Source of the DNA: a virus
Taxonomy: Duplodnaviria; Caudoviricetes
Strand: one strand, 5' to 3'
Virus record (IMG/VR): IMGVR_UViG_3300045994_000112
Coordinates: 1 to 59,286 of that record
Length of the DNA stretch: 59,286 bases
Below the pieces are notes generated by a model, which saw nothing but the letters and a program-made list of their open reading frames with translations, had not been told where the DNA came from and made no database searches. A program made the position numbers and the translations under genes. Of the stretch, positions 56,434-59,286 are shown piece by piece (position 1 is the first letter of the stretch; every line of letters starts with the position of its first letter).

Positions 56434-57948
56434 TTATCGCTTGGTCATTCCTGCCAGATATCGAATCAGCGCCAGTGCGTCTGTACTTTCTGTGGGTATT
56501 GCCATTCCATTTGGGTCAGCAACTGGTGCTTGTCCGCCAGGTTGTGGCTGGCCTTGTTGTGGTTGCGGTGGCTGTTCTGGTTGTGGTGCAGGATCAGATT
56601 CTAGCTCTTCGTCTGGCATGTCTTGTTTTGGCTCGACTGGCTGTTGAGACAATTCTTCTTCAATGTTGTCAGCAATGTAGCTCATACCATTTTGGCGCAT
56701 CCAATCCAAAACTGTTTGGCGTGCATCAGTTTCGGCACCCTCAGTGTTAGCTAAATCCGCCATGTGCTCACCTAGACTTTCGTCATCAAAGATTTGCTGT
56801 AGCGCCATTGTGGCATCCATACCATCCATACCAACCATTAATGGCTTTTCCATTATTTCCTTCAATGCATCCATTCTTTCGTCGTCGCCTTCGAAAGCGT
56901 CTTCAGTCACATTGTGTGCCCAGCTTTCAAACTGGTCGCCCATTGGTGTAGCGACGGACTCTTGTTGCTTCTTGTATGCACGGTACACATACGGTAACGC
57001 ATCAGTAAACTTTTCGTTATACACTTTCTTTACAAAGCGTTCACGCAATTCATCAACATCGAACTCGTCTTCGATGTCTGACTCAGGTTGATAGCTATCC
57101 CTAAACTCAGTATAACCGCGATGACCAGCTAAGTGGTGCAGCTTGTTTTTCAACTCGCTAAAATGTGACACCGCTGCGTCTGCCATTTGTGCTGTCTCAG
57201 CGTCCTCGAACTGACGACGTTTTGCTTCTCGAACAAAGTGGCGCATTGCACCCATCTCTGTTACCATTCCTTCAATGCTACGACCAATGTCGTCAGCAAT
57301 ATCCCCGCCTTGGCTACAGTGCATCGCCATTGCTCTTGCGCCGTGTAAGTTTTTAAACGGTAGGAGGCGACGTTCACCTAAGTGATTGTCGAGATAAATT
57401 GCTTCAATGTTACGTGAACGAGCACCATGACGCTCTTCATCTACCGCTGTACTGTGCTTAACACGAATCTTAACAGGACCGCATTCCTGGAAAGACATGG
57501 TTCGAGTACCATACATCTTGCTTTCCGAAACTGTACCTGTGTCGGAAACGTCTTGACCTGTAAACTTTGCATCTGCTTTAGACTGTTGCTGTATGTCGCG
57601 CAAGTCCAATCCGCTCTTGTTAATGTCACGAGCGTCAAAGCTTAGGAAGTTTTGTTTTGCAAACTGGCGAATAATGCGCAAGAAGTTAAACCATTCATCT
57701 TGCTGTACATCGTCTAAGTTGTCTGTAATGTTCTTAGAAAAGTAAACTTTCAAGCTGTCACCGTCAACGATACTCATTGTTACATTGCCGAAGTTTTCGC
57801 CGTCTTTAGCCACGTAGTCGAAGTTAAAGAAACGAGCCTTCTCTGGGTCGCTTGTACGTTTGGACTTTTCGTCGCCCAGATTCACGTTCTCAAATCGAGT
57901 ACGGATCTTGTCAAATAAATTCTCTGCTACTTTGTCTAATTCGCGCAT
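56434..57948 (-). CDS. hypothetical (probable structural) protein
   Basis: 504 aa; late promoter; Pro/Gln-rich tail. Confidence 0.75.
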   Translation of the reverse strand: MRELDKVAENLFDKIRTRFENVNLGDEKSKRTSDPEKARFFNFDYVAKDGENFGNVTMSIVDGDSLKVYFSKNITDNLDDVQQDEWFNFLRIIRQFAKQNFLSFDARDINKSGLDLRDIQQQSKADAKFTGQDVSDTGTVSESKMYGTRTMSFQECGPVKIRVKHSTAVDEERHGARSRNIEAIYLDNHLGERRLLPFKNLHGARAMAMHCSQGGDIADDIGRSIEGMVTEMGAMRHFVREAKRRQFEDAETAQMADAAVSHFSELKNKLHHLAGHRGYTEFRDSYQPESDIEDEFDVDELRERFVKKVYNEKFTDALPYVYRAYKKQQESVATPMGDQFESWAHNVTEDAFEGDDERMDALKEIMEKPLMVGMDGMDATMALQQIFDDESLGEHMADLANTEGAETDARQTVLDWMRQNGMSYIADNIEEELSQQPVEPKQDMPDEELESDPAPQPEQPPQPQQGQPQPGGQAPVADPNGMAIPTESTDALALIRYLAGMTKR

Positions 57949-57977
57949 AGGTTAACCTGTGTAATAGTGTATTTAGC

Positions 57978-59286
57978 TTAGAAACCCGTTACCATAATGA
58001 AGGGCATTGGGTCAATGTAATCAGATGCATCGTTCATTCTATCGTCTAAGTCAGCATCAAAGCTTTGTAGTGCCTGTGTCATGCGTATAGCTAAGAGCAT
58101 CGACATAACCAAATCGTCCGTTTCACCCTCTTTAGCCTCGTATGAATTGCCCAATGCCACGAAGGTCTTAAGTTCTGAGATCAGTAACTTAGAGGCAACG
58201 TGAAGCTTCTTCTGTTCAATCAAGCTCTTCATCTTAGCACAACCAGCCAATTTAGACTTGTGTGTAGTGTTGAAGCCCTTGCGAGCACGTTTCTGTCCGG
58301 GCTTGCTTGGTTCAGTTAGGAAAATACCACGAATGTTCTCTTCCCCAACTTGAGCAATAGCCATTAGCGCAGCTTCACCAAGCGTATTGTTTTCCACGCT
58401 GTAGTAAATTTGATTCTCTGTTCCTGTGCACTCGTATAAATGTTGCACGATGTCTACCATAATTTGTGCCTGGCGTTGAATAGGAGTCTTGTTATGATTC
58501 CATTCGCCTATCTGCTTTAAGCTTGGTAACTCAAGAACTTGAATACCTGCAGGGTCACCACCAGTTCCAAGAGAAGGGTCCCAAGCTACTGCATACGTAG
58601 CATGTGGATCAGGTTTGCCATACCAACGCACTGTGCCTTGCCTTGACGTAGGTTCTATGCCTGCCATCTCAATCAATGTCATTGAATTGATAAGCGTTTC
58701 ATCATAGATCAAGAACTCGCAACCGTGTTCACGACGGAAACGTTCTTCTCCAATTCGTCCTATTTCATCAGCTTTCCACACTTCGTCACGGTCAGGATGT
58801 TCGTCCCAACGAGACTGGTATGCGCGGAATCCGTTCTTGCCAAGAGGTGTTTGAACTCCAAATTCATCAAACGTCTTGTTAGCTTGTTTCCAAATGGTCG
58901 CAAACTGGTCTTCGTCTGAGTTAGGTGTAGAAGTGATAATAGCTTTACCACCGGTTGACAGTGTAGGCGAAATGGACGTCCAGAATTCCTTCGCAATGCT
59001 TGGTCTAACGAACGCAAACTCGTCACAGTATAGGAGCGAGATAGACATACCCCGTCCTGTTGTTTCTGTCGTTGTTTGCGATACAATACGGGAGCCGTTT
59101 TCAAAGTCTATCGAGCCCTTGTTGTACGATGTAGCACCAGCGCGAATATGGTCTGGGCAAAGCTCGTAAGCGTATCGAACACGCTGCATAATTTCCTGTG
59201 CGCCTGTATATTTGTGTGCGGCTATCAAAATCGTACTATCTGGCACAAACATTGCGTACCATAATAAATACCCGGCAGCACTGGTG
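57978..59286 (-). CDS. terminase large subunit (5' end outside window)
   Basis: ILIAAHK, GRG, LYCDEFAF, ITSTPN, WDPSLG, DDLVM. Confidence 0.95.
   Translation of the reverse strand, partial: TSAAGYLLWYAMFVPDSTILIAAHKYTGAQEIMQRVRYAYELCPDHIRAGATSYNKGSIDFENGSRIVSQTTTETTGRGMSISLLYCDEFAFVRPSIAKEFWTSISPTLSTGGKAIITSTPNSDEDQFATIWKQANKTFDEFGVQTPLGKNGFRAYQSRWDEHPDRDEVWKADEIGRIGEERFRREHGCEFLIYDETLINSMTLIEMAGIEPTSRQGTVRWYGKPDPHATYAVAWDPSLGTGGDPAGIQVLELPSLKQIGEWNHNKTPIQRQAQIMVDIVQHLYECTGTENQIYYSVENNTLGEAALMAIAQVGEENIRGIFLTEPSKPGQKRARKGFNTTHKSKLAGCAKMKSLIEQKKLHVASKLLISELKTFVALGNSYEAKEGETDDLVMSMLLAIRMTQALQSFDADLDDRMNDASDYIDPMPFIMVTGF

Noticed and set aside
1-59286. Stop-codon reassignment
   Set aside because: Conserved genes are intact in code 11; no CCA-ended suppressor tRNA found

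Overview
Segment of a large T4-like (jumbo-type) tailed phage genome, almost all on the minus strand. A proteobacterial host is likely (inferred from Isc proteins, sigma70 promoters and rrn-type boxA). Core genes at the ends are rIIA/rIIB, UvsY, UvsX/RecA, gp32 SSB and the large terminase. The centre (about 13.5-46 kb) is an array of about 64 hand-parsed tRNA genes covering all 20 amino acids. It is interleaved with homing endonucleases, IscU/IscA, RpoZ, HD-GYP, hemerythrins, late modification enzymes and many structured non-coding RNAs, including a clear RNase P RNA and a probable ROOL-like RNA split by a GIY-YIG gene. The most striking unexplained signal is a family of at least 12 RNAs sharing a covarying helix plus an unpaired C(A/U)GCA(A) motif. 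Four of them are stacked in the leader of a Ro60/TROVE-like DUF2828 gene, and others carry tRNA-like domains in alternative circular permutations. The array head has tandem promoters, a 60-codon leader peptide using all 20 amino acids and a terminator/antiterminator pair, which suggests ribosome-coupled attenuation. All calls are by eye; no database searches were run, and RNA ends may be off by 1-2 nt.
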